A stretch of 64,000 nt of DNA from Raillietiella orientalis (taxonomy: Eukaryota): assembly GCA_036172245.1 (NCBI GenBank), contig JAYWIR010000007.1:1-64000 (forward strand). Reading direction: 5' to 3'. The notes under the pieces were generated by a model. It was not told the origin of the DNA. It did not search any database and saw only the letters and a list, made by a program, of their open reading frames with translations. The number at the start of each line of letters is the position of its first letter. The stretch's first letter is position 1. Below, piece by piece: positions 35,201-47,289 of this stretch. Both the position numbers and the translations under genes were made by a program.

Positions 35201-37819
35201 GAATGTGCTTACGTACACACACTCATGTGCGAATGTGAGGTCCCATCCGCCGCCAAGATGCTGCGTCACGTGCACGCACGCATATGACGAATCACACGTG
35301 GCATTCCGCAGGTGGCAAGGCCCAGCGGAAGTCGAGCCGTGGAAACCTGGAGGAGGAGGAGGGGGGAAGGAACGAGGAGGCTCCCAGCAGGATTAGGGTA
35401 CGCTCGCACAGCGGAAGAGGAAGAGCAGGAGGGGAACCGGCGCCGGAAACCTGAGGGTTCGAGCGGCCGCCCTCTTTGCCGGGGCGCGCGGCGGCGAGTA
35501 GCGCGTTTCCTTCCCGAGGTCGCAGGAACGGCGCCGCGGTCCCGACCGTCTTCGGTGGCGGCGGCGGCCTGCGTCCGTCCCTCGGCGCGCGCGCCGCCGC
35601 TCCGGGCGCCGCCCTTGGAGAACGCGTTGCGGAGAAAGGGGAGGAGGGTTAGAGACACACCACCTGAATCGGGTGGGGGAGGGGAGGAGCGCTTTCGAAC
35701 GAGGGCGCCTCTTCCGCCGGAGACGGTGTTCTCCCCCGAGGAGGGAAAGGGAGAGAGAGAGCGAAGAGAGAGGCGCACGCACTCGACCCCAATGGGGTCG
35801 CGACGTGCCGGCTGGATTATCACCCGGGGCTCCGGGACGTTCATTTAATGAAAAAATAAACATCCACAATCCTTGTGGTTGGACCACAGGACAGGTGCAA
35901 CCACATGCAATTTAACGGGAGTCTGCCGAGTTCCCGGTTCGCAGACGGATGAGGTCCGCCACGGCAGCGAAGGGGAGGGAACAAACAGAAAGAGAGAAGG
36001 AAATAAAAATGAATCTAGGGGTGTGTGGGAAGGGGTCATGCCCTGCTGGGAGTGGTCCTCTGAATTCCTTCGAGGATGCCGGCAATGGTGCATGGTGGGG
36101 CCAGGTTGTTGGCCATCCTCATGAAGCGGGCGACAAAGTGGATGTGGCACCCCTATCTCTCTGTCCTCTTCTTGCATGGCTCCAGGCCGCTACAATCCCT
36201 CGTAGGTAGTAGAGTGCTACTAGCGAGGCTGCCGACCGAAGGGCGTCGCGTAGGAGGGGGAGCCTTGAAGCGTCCCTGGAGTTGCCGCCGGCGGTTCCTA
36301 GGGTAGCGGCAAAGCGTTCCCAGAGGAGCCGGAGGGCAACACAATCCACAAGCAGTGCGGGAAGGATTCGCCCTCCCCGCACCTGACACAGTTTGGGCTC
36401 ACTCTCCCCCCCCCCCCGTATCCAGCAATGCCTGCGGACGTTGCACGGGAAGTTCCTGCCACTTTAGTGGGAGGGCGTGGGTGTCCAAGAGCACTGCGGG
36501 CTGCTGCAGGTCTTCCTCTGGAATATCCAGCAACTCTCCCCAGCGCAAAAGTCTTCGGGACCGCAGCGCCTGTAAGCTGACCTGTCGTCCACTCACCCTG
36601 TCCTTTACTCCTGGCGGAGATTTCCACTTTTTTTTTTTTTTTTTCTTTGAGGTACTTAGAGAACCAAAAAAAAAAAAAGAGATTTCCATTGTAGGAAGGC
36701 CAAACCTCCCATCTAGCAGGAAGGCTGCTGCCGGCTGGATGATCGGCGATTTGCACGCCCTCTTCCTGGGCGGCTGTGGTGCGGCCCTTTAAACGCTTTC
36801 AGGTCGACCGACCGACGGGCCCCAAGGAGTTCGAAAAATCAGCCACTTCGGTCCCCAAGGTGGTCAGCAGAGAGTCGAGAGCTCACTTTTGGACACGGAC
36901 TGGAGCAGCAGGGAAGAATTCCAGTGAATGGTGTGGTGCTTCGATCCCTCGAAGTGATGCCCTTCCCCTGCGTTGCACTGGTGTACATACTTACGTAGAT
37001 GCGTATACATTCACACGTGTATGCACACGGACACGTGCACGTATCATGTGCCAATTTTTTTGTTTGTTTTGAAGATCAGGCAGCGGGAAGAAGAACACGT
37101 TAGCTCCTGCGTGGTCGAAGGTCTCAAGGATTCCGGAAACCTCCGGCTTGGGGCATGCCCGCCTGGCACCTCGGAGTTTCCGAGGTGGAGGTGCCGCGTT
37201 CTAGAACGTTGGGGGTTCGCATCCGGATACCGGCAATCAGCAAGCAATTGAAGCTGGAAGAAAGAAAGGAGAGAGGCGCAGGATGAGAGGAGACCCACGG
37301 CTGAATCTGGTTCTCATGTTTGCCAGGATGGCAAGGAGCGGGGTGGGGAAAGAGGAAAAGGGGACCGGAGGAGGGTTAAGGTCGCGTCCCTGCTGGCCCA
37401 CCGCAGAGCCCTCGCCTGAGTGTCCGGACGCCGAGCTTCCATCGGGCGAGAGCTCCAGTCGGGGAAACGGGGGTCCGGGCGTAAGGACTCCGCTGGAATG
37501 AAATTCCTTTGCACCTCGCCAGATCCAGGAAAGATGGCGAAATGAAGGGGGTGGCACGTTGGACGGCATGGAGGGGGGAGGGGAGAAGGGCACTGAGAAC
37601 ATCCAGCCGAGTTCCATGGGAACGAGGAGGAATGGAAGTACCGCTGGTTGATGGTACCACTAGTGGAAGTACCACTAGTGACCAGCTCTTAAGTGAGGCA
37701 GTCATGCGTGATCTTTCAAGGTTCACCTCGTTTCTCAGGGTGGAATCGTCGCAAGAGAATCTGACTGCTTCCTGCCATAGGATGGTGAAGATGGTTGGTC
37801 GTGGCCATTGCTGCTGCTG

Positions 37820-39400
37820 AAGGTTCGGCGTTGGTTACCGTGGTTTCAGGTCGTTCCTGAAGACTGGGTTAGTGGGATTTCCTTTTTTAAGGGGTCATGA
37901 TAAGGAAGGGGGGGGGGGTATTGTGGAAGCATTGATGAGACGGTATTTAGAGTATGGGTGTCGGGATGGTTGGTTAAGGGCGATGGAGTAGGAAGGGAAA
38001 GTTGATGTGATGAATGGGTATTTCAATTAACAATTTTTAGTTCTTTTAAGTAATGGTAAAGGGTGCGATTATTGTAAAAGAAATACAGGCATTTCCACTG
38101 CCTATTATGAAACAATACATGGCGCCTGTAAGGATGGTTGTGGGTTGAGAGTCAGGGTTAATGGGAAAAGGTGGAAGAAGTGAGGTCATAGTGACTGTAG
38201 CATTGAAGCTAATAAGGCGTTTTTTATGGTGAGGAACTGGGAGATAGGGGTTAGTAGGATCGGGGAGTTAGTTGGTAAACGGAAGCCCACTCCAAACGAT
38301 GGGGCCATCGAAAAAAGAGGAGACCGTAGCCATGGTCTAGACGAGGTCAGGGAAAAGTGGCACCTTCCAAGGTGCCACTTTTCCGATCTTTTCCGACTTT
38401 TCGATCCACTGGGGATCAGGAGAAGAAGTAGAGAGGGAACCATTCAAAGAGGAGAGTGGAGGGAGAAGGAGGCTCAAGAGTGGAAAACAAGTGCTTTACC
38501 GACGTGAATTTTCCGGAGAGAACTCTCAAGGAAGCGCCGGACGGACACGCGAGGAGGTGGAGGATTTCCCTTCGTGGGGGTTTCCAAGCTTTCTGAGTAG
38601 GAAAAGAGTGCGAAAGCATTCTTTCCTTTGGTCCCAGAGGCATTCCGAAGCTGCAGATGCCCGTCGGGGTGATGGAAAACATATTAAACAAAGCTTAAGA
38701 AAGGCTTAAGAAGTAAAGAATAACTTGAGCTTAAGAATATCCGATAAACGGCACGAAACAGTCTGGGCGGGTTCTTCGAGGGTACCGGAAGAATCCACGT
38801 CCTCGTTCCATGCTTTATCGAGAGGAGGAGGCAGGCTCAAGGATGTGGGTCGAAACGTTCATGAGGAGCCTCTGGGTCTCGCGGTCTCTCTGGTGAGCAC
38901 CACGTGAGGTCAGTTAGGAAGGAATTTCGGCATCAGAATCAATGACAAGAGGATGTCACATCATTTTTCAGCACCGGCCAGACGATGAAGGATGGTCCCT
39001 AGTCATTTCAGTTCTGACTAGATTCTTCCGAAGTCTGGAAGAGCGACATCGCGACCCTCGGCTCCATTTTAAACGAGGGAAAGGCAAAGGCGCGGTCGAC
39101 CAGAGAGCCGTTCGAGGGTGCAAGGGTTTTGATGCATTTTCCGAGCGGACACCAGTCAAGGAAATCCAAAGAGGCGAAATGCGAAAAAAAAAAAAAAAAA
39201 GGGAAAGAAAAAAAGGCTGCTGCATCAAGCATAAAAAGTCAAAGATTGTCCGTAAACCACAAGAGAAATGACATGGGATGGAGCACTGAAATGTTGGACA
39301 GATAACTTCGTTCGATGACGGGAACATGCAGAAGAAATCTGCAAAGCTGGACCTCAAGCTAATAAAACTTCAAACGATGAATTAACCGACAGCTGGCCCT
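37820..39400 (-). mobile_element. Decayed Penelope-like retroelement (RT + linker + possible GIY-YIG remnant)
   Basis: Collinear remnants across frames: CPTFQ (~SPTY), PRVAMS (~GxAMGS), WNEDVDS (~WxRYVDD), SHSFPTQK (~SxHPxxK), FGVGFRLPTN (~IxVxFxPxN). Confidence 0.45.
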
Positions 39401-39419
39401 AATGACTGATGATCATTGA

Positions 39420-40500
39420 GGCCAGGTGCCTACCAAATGAACTGCCAAAAAAAAGAAAAGAAAAGAAAAGAAAAGAAAAAAAATGCGAATCTCTTTGAGC
39501 GAAGTGGCAAAGAGAAGCGGACAAGGGTCAGCAGAATGAAATGTTGAAGAAAATCTTCTCGAGACTCGGTGCTCACTCCAAAGAATAGCACAAAAGCACC
39601 ACAAAGGACTGTCAATAACGCAAAGAGGATGGGAGTGAACGGTCGGGAGAATGGATAAGCCTTGCATAAGACGAGGTTCCTTGGAAACCGCAAAAGTGAC
39701 ACATGTAATGGAGTGCGATCCGCAAAGAAAGTAGAACGTGCTGTCCTTTAAGAACTAGTTTGCCACCAATTCTTGCGAGGACATAAATGCCTTGGACGGG
39801 TAAAAGGATGACTTTCATAACTTCATAGGAACGCTTTTGGAGCGCTTCGGTCACACGAAGAGAAACGGAGTCTGTTGGGCACACCGACAGCTACACCAAA
39901 TTGCAAAAGATATGGGAGAAGGCGAGTATTAAGTGACATTAAATATGGGAAGTAACATTCTACATGTGCAGAACGTGTAGATCTATTGAAAAATAGGAAC
40001 GAAAATGAAAGCCGGCAACCGTGAGTTTTTAGTGCTCTCTTTACGGTTGAAAGTGAGGCGAATGGAATTCCATACCGTGACATGAGTCAGCCTTGGTAAA
40101 AGGGGTTTGTAGTCAACTGAGTGAGTTTCACATTCACCAAGGAATCCCTACCAGAGTCTCCTAGTTCTATTTACTGTGCACTTCCTTCTCACTGCCGGAT
40201 GAATCACAAATTCCCAAAACCGTGGCCTCATGATTCTCATGCTGCTTCCACGATACCCACAGGCAGCTGTCATCAATTAAAAGACAACTCGGTTTGTCGG
40301 AAATTCATTCAGAAATGATTTTTGATGCGGCAACCAATCTGCTGATGAAGAGTCGTCAACTTGTGGAAAGTGTTGGTATGTTTTATGAGTAACTCACGGA
40401 AGTGGACTGCAATCGAGAAATGTCCTTTCCGGTAAGTCTCCTGCAACTGCTTTCTTACGAGTTCGGCTATGATTTAACGATTTCATTTCAAGATGGTTCC
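39420..40500 (-). mobile_element. Second decayed Penelope-like retroelement fragment
   Basis: LIDDSCLWVSW (~YVDD), MEFHSPH, RYGIP (~NGYP), YFPYLMSLNTRLLPYLLQFGVAV (~LPYxxGLSxxIxRxL), QGIYVL (~GVVY of GIY-YIG). Confidence 0.45.
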
Positions 40501-41873
40501 AACAATTTTAGAAAGAAAAAAAAAAAAAAATGGGTACTTGCGCAATAGCGCGGTGTTCCCAAGAGACTTCTTGGTTTTCAGAAACATTATTCTTACATTC
40601 TTGCCTCCCCTGATTTATTTCATGGGATTTTTGATGGAAGTGTAAAAATTATGCAGGCCATAAAGAGAGAGAGAGAAGAAAGAAAATGCATAAATGGTTT
40701 TTCTACACTTTGTGTCGGATTTTGATAAGACATCTTGTTCTGCGGCTTGCCAAGGAAGACGCCATATTCCGTGCAGGTTTGCCAACTACCAAAGCAATAA
40801 TGGATTCTGATGTGAGCTTTAATAGAAATGATTCTCGCAAGACAATTATGTTTATCAAATGCTTTATCAACTTAATAGATTTTCTCGTACTTTGCGATAT
40901 GTGCTGCTTGAAGTGCAGCCATCGTGGAAACCGACGAGAAAACGCACACCGAGATTTTCGTGTGATCCGAGTGTATAACCCGCGCTCATGAAGTAATGAA
41001 AACATCATGAAAATTATGGATCAAGAAAGACACAGGAAAGAGCCGATTTTGAAATAGCTGTTCGATCCATCAGCAGATAGAGTAGCACTCATTGAAAAAG
41101 TTCCAATACACAAACATCCCCCCCCCCCCCCGAAACCGGCCGTCCACTCAAGAGCCATTTACACTGGTGATCAAAGGTGAGCATCAATTTATCCTCTACT
41201 GCCGGACCTTACGTTTAGTAGGCCGGACAGTGGGCGGTTTCCGCGTGTTCAACTTCGGATTTGTTTCTTTGGGGAGCCATTTTGGCCCCAAGTAACCACT
41301 TGCTCTGGGAGCAAAGTGGACAGCTCCCTGAGCAACCAACAAAACGAAAGTAAGCTAAAGCTCCTTGAATTCTGGAAGAAAACAGTGTAACATACTTCTT
41401 GCCGGAAAAAAAAAAAAAAGTGTTCAAAATGGTGTGTGCCTTCTTATCGAATATATGACCCTTACAAAGGAAATTCTTGGTAACATATTTACCAGACCAT
41501 TTGATCAAAAGTATACTACAAGCACAGTTTTAATCGGTTGAATTATGGTCTCTCCAAGTAGCAGTCTCAGATTGTTTCAAAATGTTTAAATGATTCCCAT
41601 AAAATATGTTCAGTGCTAACCAGCAGCTTGTAATTGACATTCCAATTTCAAGAATTGCAATGGTATTGATGCAAGACTTGGAAAATGGTTTTGCAGGCAC
41701 ATAAAGTTATACATTCCCTGAAAAAATTCATTGAATCCATTTTTTCATGGTCACATCTGAGACTTGATTGGCCATCCAGATTTGAAAACATATCCACAAA
41801 CAAAAATAAATAAATAAAACTGCAACATACTCTTTGCAGATAAACCTAGAATGCTTTCGTTTCGATTTCCAAT

Positions 41874-41879
41874 TTTATT
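41874..41879 (-). terminator. Candidate polyadenylation signal of ADAP
   Basis: AATAAA on - about 420 nt downstream of the stop. Confidence 0.45.
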
Positions 41880-42296
41880 TTCTTGGCTGTATATAAATGT
41901 ATTACACATTTTTATCCTTAATTGACAACTCCTTAATTGATTATTATCTTACATCGGGCTTTTCCTTGCATAAAATTCGATTCTCTTATAAATATACTGC
42001 ACTATGTGAAGGCACCACTTGAAACATTTTACTGAATAGCATTACATAAAGCATTCTTTGGATATTTCATCTGGAAATTCTTTGGTCATCCACATGAACA
42101 CATAAGCATACAGGTATTGTTACATGTCATGTTTTTGAACTGTTCAGAATTTTGGTAATATATCTTCTTCAGTAGGCACAATGAAACTGGGTAATAACAC
42201 AAGGATGAGATAGGAAGCACTGGCTCCACACTTACAAGCATCACTAACAACTCACACCAAAATGATATCAATAAACATTTCACTATCAAACACGAT

Positions 42297-43728
42297 TCAT
42301 TTCCTGAATGACAAACTTGTGCTAGGATTGCCCACTGTTTGCATTTCTGCAGCAAACAGATTCATAAGATGTCGGAAAGTAGTGAAATTACTCACTAATA
42401 TAATCCTGGGGAGTCATTGGCTTTTCAAGAACATCCATGATGATGTCCATCCAGTATTGACGTTTCTCTTCTGTGTCCGCAGCCAGAAGATAAATTCTCT
42501 TGTTGGTTACCAATGTAAAACGATAGTGGGATGTTTTAGGATCTGAATCTGTAGAAAACAGAGAAAAACCTTCAGTTTTGTTTCCCAGGAATATTTCTCC
42601 TTTGGGATATGCATCCTGGAGTACATGTGGAGGCTATTTACAAGAACAATTACAATTACCATAGGTTGCTCATGGTACATCAGTTTCCTATCTTCCAAAG
42701 TGAACCACCTCTTACGGTAAGCTGTTCCTTGCCTAGGACCAGTTTTCCATAGCCAGCCTTCTATCAGTCCAAATGTAAGACTGAGTGCTAACTACATATC
42801 TGCCCGCTCCCATGTTAAAATAAAATTGGCCCTACTTGCTCAGCAGTGCATAAAGGAAAAGCAACTTGCAGATGATTCAGTTTGGCACATCGAAGAGCTA
42901 GAAACCAGGCCATAATTTCTTGCGACTCTTCATAAACATACAAATGTCTTGTGCATGTATCTTGAAAAAAACTTAGCTGAAGACACGTTGACCGACCAGT
43001 TTTCTCAGGCACAAAGCTGGCATTCAAATTACCAATTTTGATGCTGGCTTTAGGGTTATCGCGCTACATTTAAATAAAACTGAATGGCTGATAATGTCCA
43101 CCCTCTTACTTCTTTAAAATAATGAAGTGTATTACAGTATTGGGAGCCATTTAACAGAAACCATCGACGAGAATACTTGTCATTAGCTCTGCCTTTCTTC
43201 CATAAATAGCCTTCCTTTTTAACTGGTCCAGAAATGGACTTATCAGGAAACATAAACTGTCTTGTACAATATTTGGCACGAATCCATTCTTCTTTGACTA
43301 TGCTAATAAGCAACTTTATATAGGGCCAAATCTTATGAAAAATGAAATTCTTACTGAGGACTATTGGGATCTGGCCTCATATAATAGGCAGGAACATACT
43401 TTTCAAATAAGCTTTTGGATTTTTCATTACCAACTCTTTGCAACTGATCCAGATCATTCATGCTCCATTGTACTAATTTTATGTGCTTTACTTCAGATAT
43501 ATTTAAACCTAGCATTTTGTGGTAGTGTGCACATTCTGTGCACAGAAATATGCCCAACGAGGAAGACGCCCATTCTGGTTCTGAAATGCAGCACGCATTC
43601 AAATGTTACATCTAGTTCATGGAAACTAAAATTCAGTTTGAATTACCTGGCCTATTACAATCTGCACACACGTTATTCCCTGGTAATTTTTTTAGTTCGA
43701 GTAGAATTTTTTTGCAGTTCTCACTCAT
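42297..43728 (-). CDS. ADAP1: ArfGAP with dual PH domains (ADAP/centaurin-alpha), 7 exons, 376 aa
   Basis: complement(join(42297-42346,42396-42615,42660-42791,42836-43063,43110-43302,43355-43580,43647-43728)) = 1131 nt; all introns GT-AG and in phase. ArfGAP zinc finger CADC...PEWAS..LGIFLCTEC; EEWIRAKY; PH1 KKEGYLWKKGR..RRWFLL; LQVAFP; PH2 EGWLWKTGP..YRKRWFTLEDRKLMY..DAYPKGEIFLG; C-terminal PMTPQDY. The last small exon is less certain. Confidence 0.95.
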
Positions 43729-44149
43729 GCTGGCAAAAATGACTCAATTGTAACTACTTGACAATTTCGGTCAGGAATTATTTTTATGAACTCAGGGGCC
43801 TTCAGAACTTGCCACGGGAATTTATGACAAAACTTGCACTAACAATCCAAATGTTAGGAGCTCATAGGAAATTACAGTACATATGGTTGCTCACGGCTAC
43901 GTTTTCTTATAAGTATTCTTCTTCATGGATTCGACTACATAAAACTGGGATTCTGAACCTGGCATGCAACCATCTTGTTGCGGTGATTAAAAATATAACA
44001 TAATTACTTTTGCAGCAGTCGTTAATTACTATTCCGTACTTTTTTAAGAACCCTTATCTCTCACGCAAACAGTGTTGTCGGTGTACCGATGCTGATAAGT
44101 TACAAAAGTTACACAATGGTTTCAAGATAAGATACCACAAAAATTACGC

Positions 44150-44790
44150 AGTTCGGTTCCAGCAGGTGCAAACACGGCAGCCGACGGTTTCCTGGGTTGG
44201 AGCCTTTCCTGGGTGGCCCTACGATGATGAATCCCTGCCACTCCAAAACTCCTCCGGGAAGGGAGACTTCGGCGGAAGGCAAACTTTCCGGGCTTTTGCC
44301 TGACGGGGGAGCGGCGTGGGCACGAAAAACATACGATATGCCGCTGCTGCGTGGGGACGGGACGGCCCGATGAAGCCCTGCTGAAGACCTCCCTCGGCTC
44401 CGAACTGTGGCTCACCTTGATCCTGTGTGTTCCCGACTGATGGCGCCGCCGCGCCGGCGCAGGAGTTCAACACGGAAGCACCAAATGCCCACTGCGCAGC
44501 CGACGGCCCGCGGAGACTTCAGGAGAAGCACTCCGCGCCCGCCGCCGACCCCTCCGAAACAAAAACACAGCGTTTTGTTTCACCCCAATTGCCGTTTCGG
44601 ATCCAACACGGCATTCCCCTTCCTTCCTTCCTTTTCCTTGCTGTCCCTTAAAACGTAATCTTCATGTCGCCTGCATTTGGATAAGCAGACCTCTCTCTCC
44701 ACCTCGGCGGCCTCTTCGGTTGTTGGCCATCCGTCCCGACTGCCTGGGAGGTGGTGAAAACACGTAAGGCAGGTGAAAATCAGGGCTTTT
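44150..44790 (-). promoter_or_regulatory. CpG-rich putative promoter / 5'UTR exon region of ADAP
   Basis: Abrupt return of CpG-rich sequence just upstream of the CpG-poor gene body; good donor AAG|gtgag on - near 44415. Confidence 0.45.
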
Positions 44791-45039
44791 TATTTTTACG
44801 GTGCATCTTTTTTATTTTTTTTAGGGGGAGGAGGGGGGAAGGGGGGTCTCTCTCACAGAAAGACAAGAAAATTTGCAACGGAAACACGCACAAGCGCACA
44901 CGACTATTCATCTCTTAATTCAAACTTTGAAGCCAAGTAAACGAAAATGTTTCTTCAGTAAGCAGCAAATCAAAAGGCAATTTCAATATCAGATTTTATC
45001 GGAAAGCCGCTGGAACTTCGGGGGAGTTGCCACCCGGTC

Positions 45040-47200
45040 GCTCCCGGGGTTCGGTTTATTTAAAACCGAACCTCCACCACGGCCAACACAACATCCGACC
45101 TGCCGGGATGTTGGCCCGCAGCCCGACTTGGCTGTCCTCGGCAGCGGGGGGGAACAAAAGAGAAAGTGAAACGAAATTTAAAAAAAAAGAAAAAAGAAAA
45201 GAAATACTTTGGAGGGCATGGAAGGGATCACTGTCCGCTGGGAGGAGGGCCCGTCCTTTGCAGGATGTCGTCGAGGTCCTTCTTCATTCGTCCCAGGTGG
45301 GACCTTCGGGTTGCAATCCTCAGGAAGCGGACTGCAAACTCGGTGGCGCCCCTTTCGTTGTCATCTTCGTCGTCGGCTTCACTCCAGACCGCCACAATCC
45401 CTTGGATCCAGCAAAGTGTGCTGCCAAGGCTGCGGCTGGTAGCAGGGCGTCCTTCACGAAGAGGAGACGAAAAACGTCCCTGGGGGGGCTGCCAACCGGG
45501 ATCCCTAGGGAAGATACAAGACGTTCCCACAGCGGCCGGAGGGCAACACAGCCAACAGCCAGGTGCGGGAGGGACTCCCGTTCCCCTCACCTGGCACAGG
45601 ACCTTCGGGGGGAAACACAATTCTTACAGGCAGTAACAGAATGTATTCTCTAGTCCACCACTTTTGGTTAGCAAATGTTTGTTTCCTTCCCGTATTTTTC
45701 AAGTTGGGACGAATGCACATCCACAAAGACAAATAATGCAGCCAAAAACATGCGCTGAAGATTCATTCATTCATTTACAGGTGTTATTGACAAATTTGCA
45801 TGTTGATATTACTTTCACATGTAGCTAACCGAAGTAATAGCCCTCTGGTGCGGCAGAACCGGACGGGTCCCAAAAACAACGGGTCGCCGGCGAGGCTTTC
45901 TGCATTTTGGTCCAATTCCAGACCAAATGTCGCCGTTGACAACCGCAGAAGAGGCGCATGGAAAGCCAAACAAAACGACCCAGCAGTCTTAGGCCCGGCG
46001 CTGCAGCATCAGCATCCGAACTTCTTTCCGTATTCTCACGGAGGCAAAAGAACCGCCAAAGGGAGACGCGCCTGCAAAATTCTGAGGAAGTACCATTGAG
46101 GATCGTAAGGTTCGAAACGACGCACTCATCCGCGCTAAGTGGTCTCATTTACGTCACCAGTTGCAGCAGTAATCACCCCTGAAACAAAGTTGGGTTCGCA
46201 AGCAAGATGGGGCCCTGTTTGTAATTGCAAACATGTGGGGCAAATGCCTTCTTCCCCCTGTGGCATCCATTCACTTCGTCATAAGCTTCGTCGGATAATG
46301 CCGAGCTGCACAGTTCAGGAAAAGAGTACTTAATCTGTGATTGCCTGGGGGCATATTCCTAATCAGTTACAAATCGCCGATGGGAAATTTTCGACTTGAA
46401 ACGAGAAAAACACTTTGCGTCCTCGGTTTGTGAGCTTTTTTTAGTTTGTTACCGAATTCTATTTTCCTTCATGAGATATTCTCACTGTTTAAAAATCCGA
46501 TTCCTATTCTTTTAATTTTTCTCTGCGGATTCTGCCTGAATTCCATTTTCTATTATTCCAAGATAGCATCTATATTATTTCAAGGTGCAGCTGATGCCCT
46601 GTCGATTCTCTATTGGAAATGGAGGTAAACCTTTCTTGTATTCGCTGATGTTGGCCACAAGCCACCTCTTCTTTTACTCGATCCACACTCAGGAATCTTT
46701 CTCCTTTGTGAGTGCGTCGTTCTACGCCTCAGTTAGCAAAAAAAAACTGATATTCGTTTCCTCCATTCTTCTCCTGAGCTATTCACATTTCCTCGTCACC
46801 AGTCTTTCGTTACATACGTTGCTGAAATGCAGATATGAATCATCTTTAACCTCAAAGGAAAGCTTGGAGTCAAATGAATCCATCTTAGCGGACGGGACTG
46901 AAAACGAAACAAAGATATTGATCCGGGAACGCATTCACTTTTCCGAGGTCATTCAAGGTGAACTAAAAAATCCGATGAGAGAGCCAAAGGGAGGGAAAGA
47001 ACGTGACTGGAAGCGAAAGACTGAGAAGCACATGCGGAAAGTCAGCAGCGCACAAGGAGAAGAGATTTGCGGGTCGGCGGGTTTCGCATCCGAGGGCAGT
47101 GGAGGAACCGGAGCTGGGTCACGGGCTGGAAGAAAGGGAAGGTGCCAAAGGAATGCTCCTAGTAGCTGCTCTTGTAAAGCTTATTTCTGTGGGCGAGACA
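45040..47200 (-). mobile_element. Decayed Tx1/L1-like LINE, copy 1 (AT-richer)
   Basis: SDEAYDEVNG (~DxEKAFDRV) near 46280; NLTILNGTSSEF (~VxVNGxxSxxF); C-terminal IQGIVAVWSEA similar to copy 2; 3'UTR homologous to copy 2 and ending in AATAAA. Confidence 0.45.
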
Positions 47201-47289
47201 GCCTTCCTTTTTTTTTAAAAAAGAAAAAAGACCAGTGGCGATTTCACTGGGAGATGGTCACTATTGGCTTAGGATGATTATCACCCGGG

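Noticed and set aside
40340..40378. Hammerhead core CTGATGA...GAAA on +
   Set aside because: No proper stem II, and it is antisense to the Penelope RT remnant; probably chance.
1185..43728. IRS and ADAP as a functional PI3K/PIP3 gene cluster
   Set aside because: Both act in PIP3 signalling, but they are about 28 kb apart, convergent and in different compositional domains; without synteny data the adjacency is not evidence.
46585..47277. 230-aa ORF as a gene divergent from ADAP
   Set aside because: No recognisable domain, and it lies antisense to the Tx1/L1-like relic.
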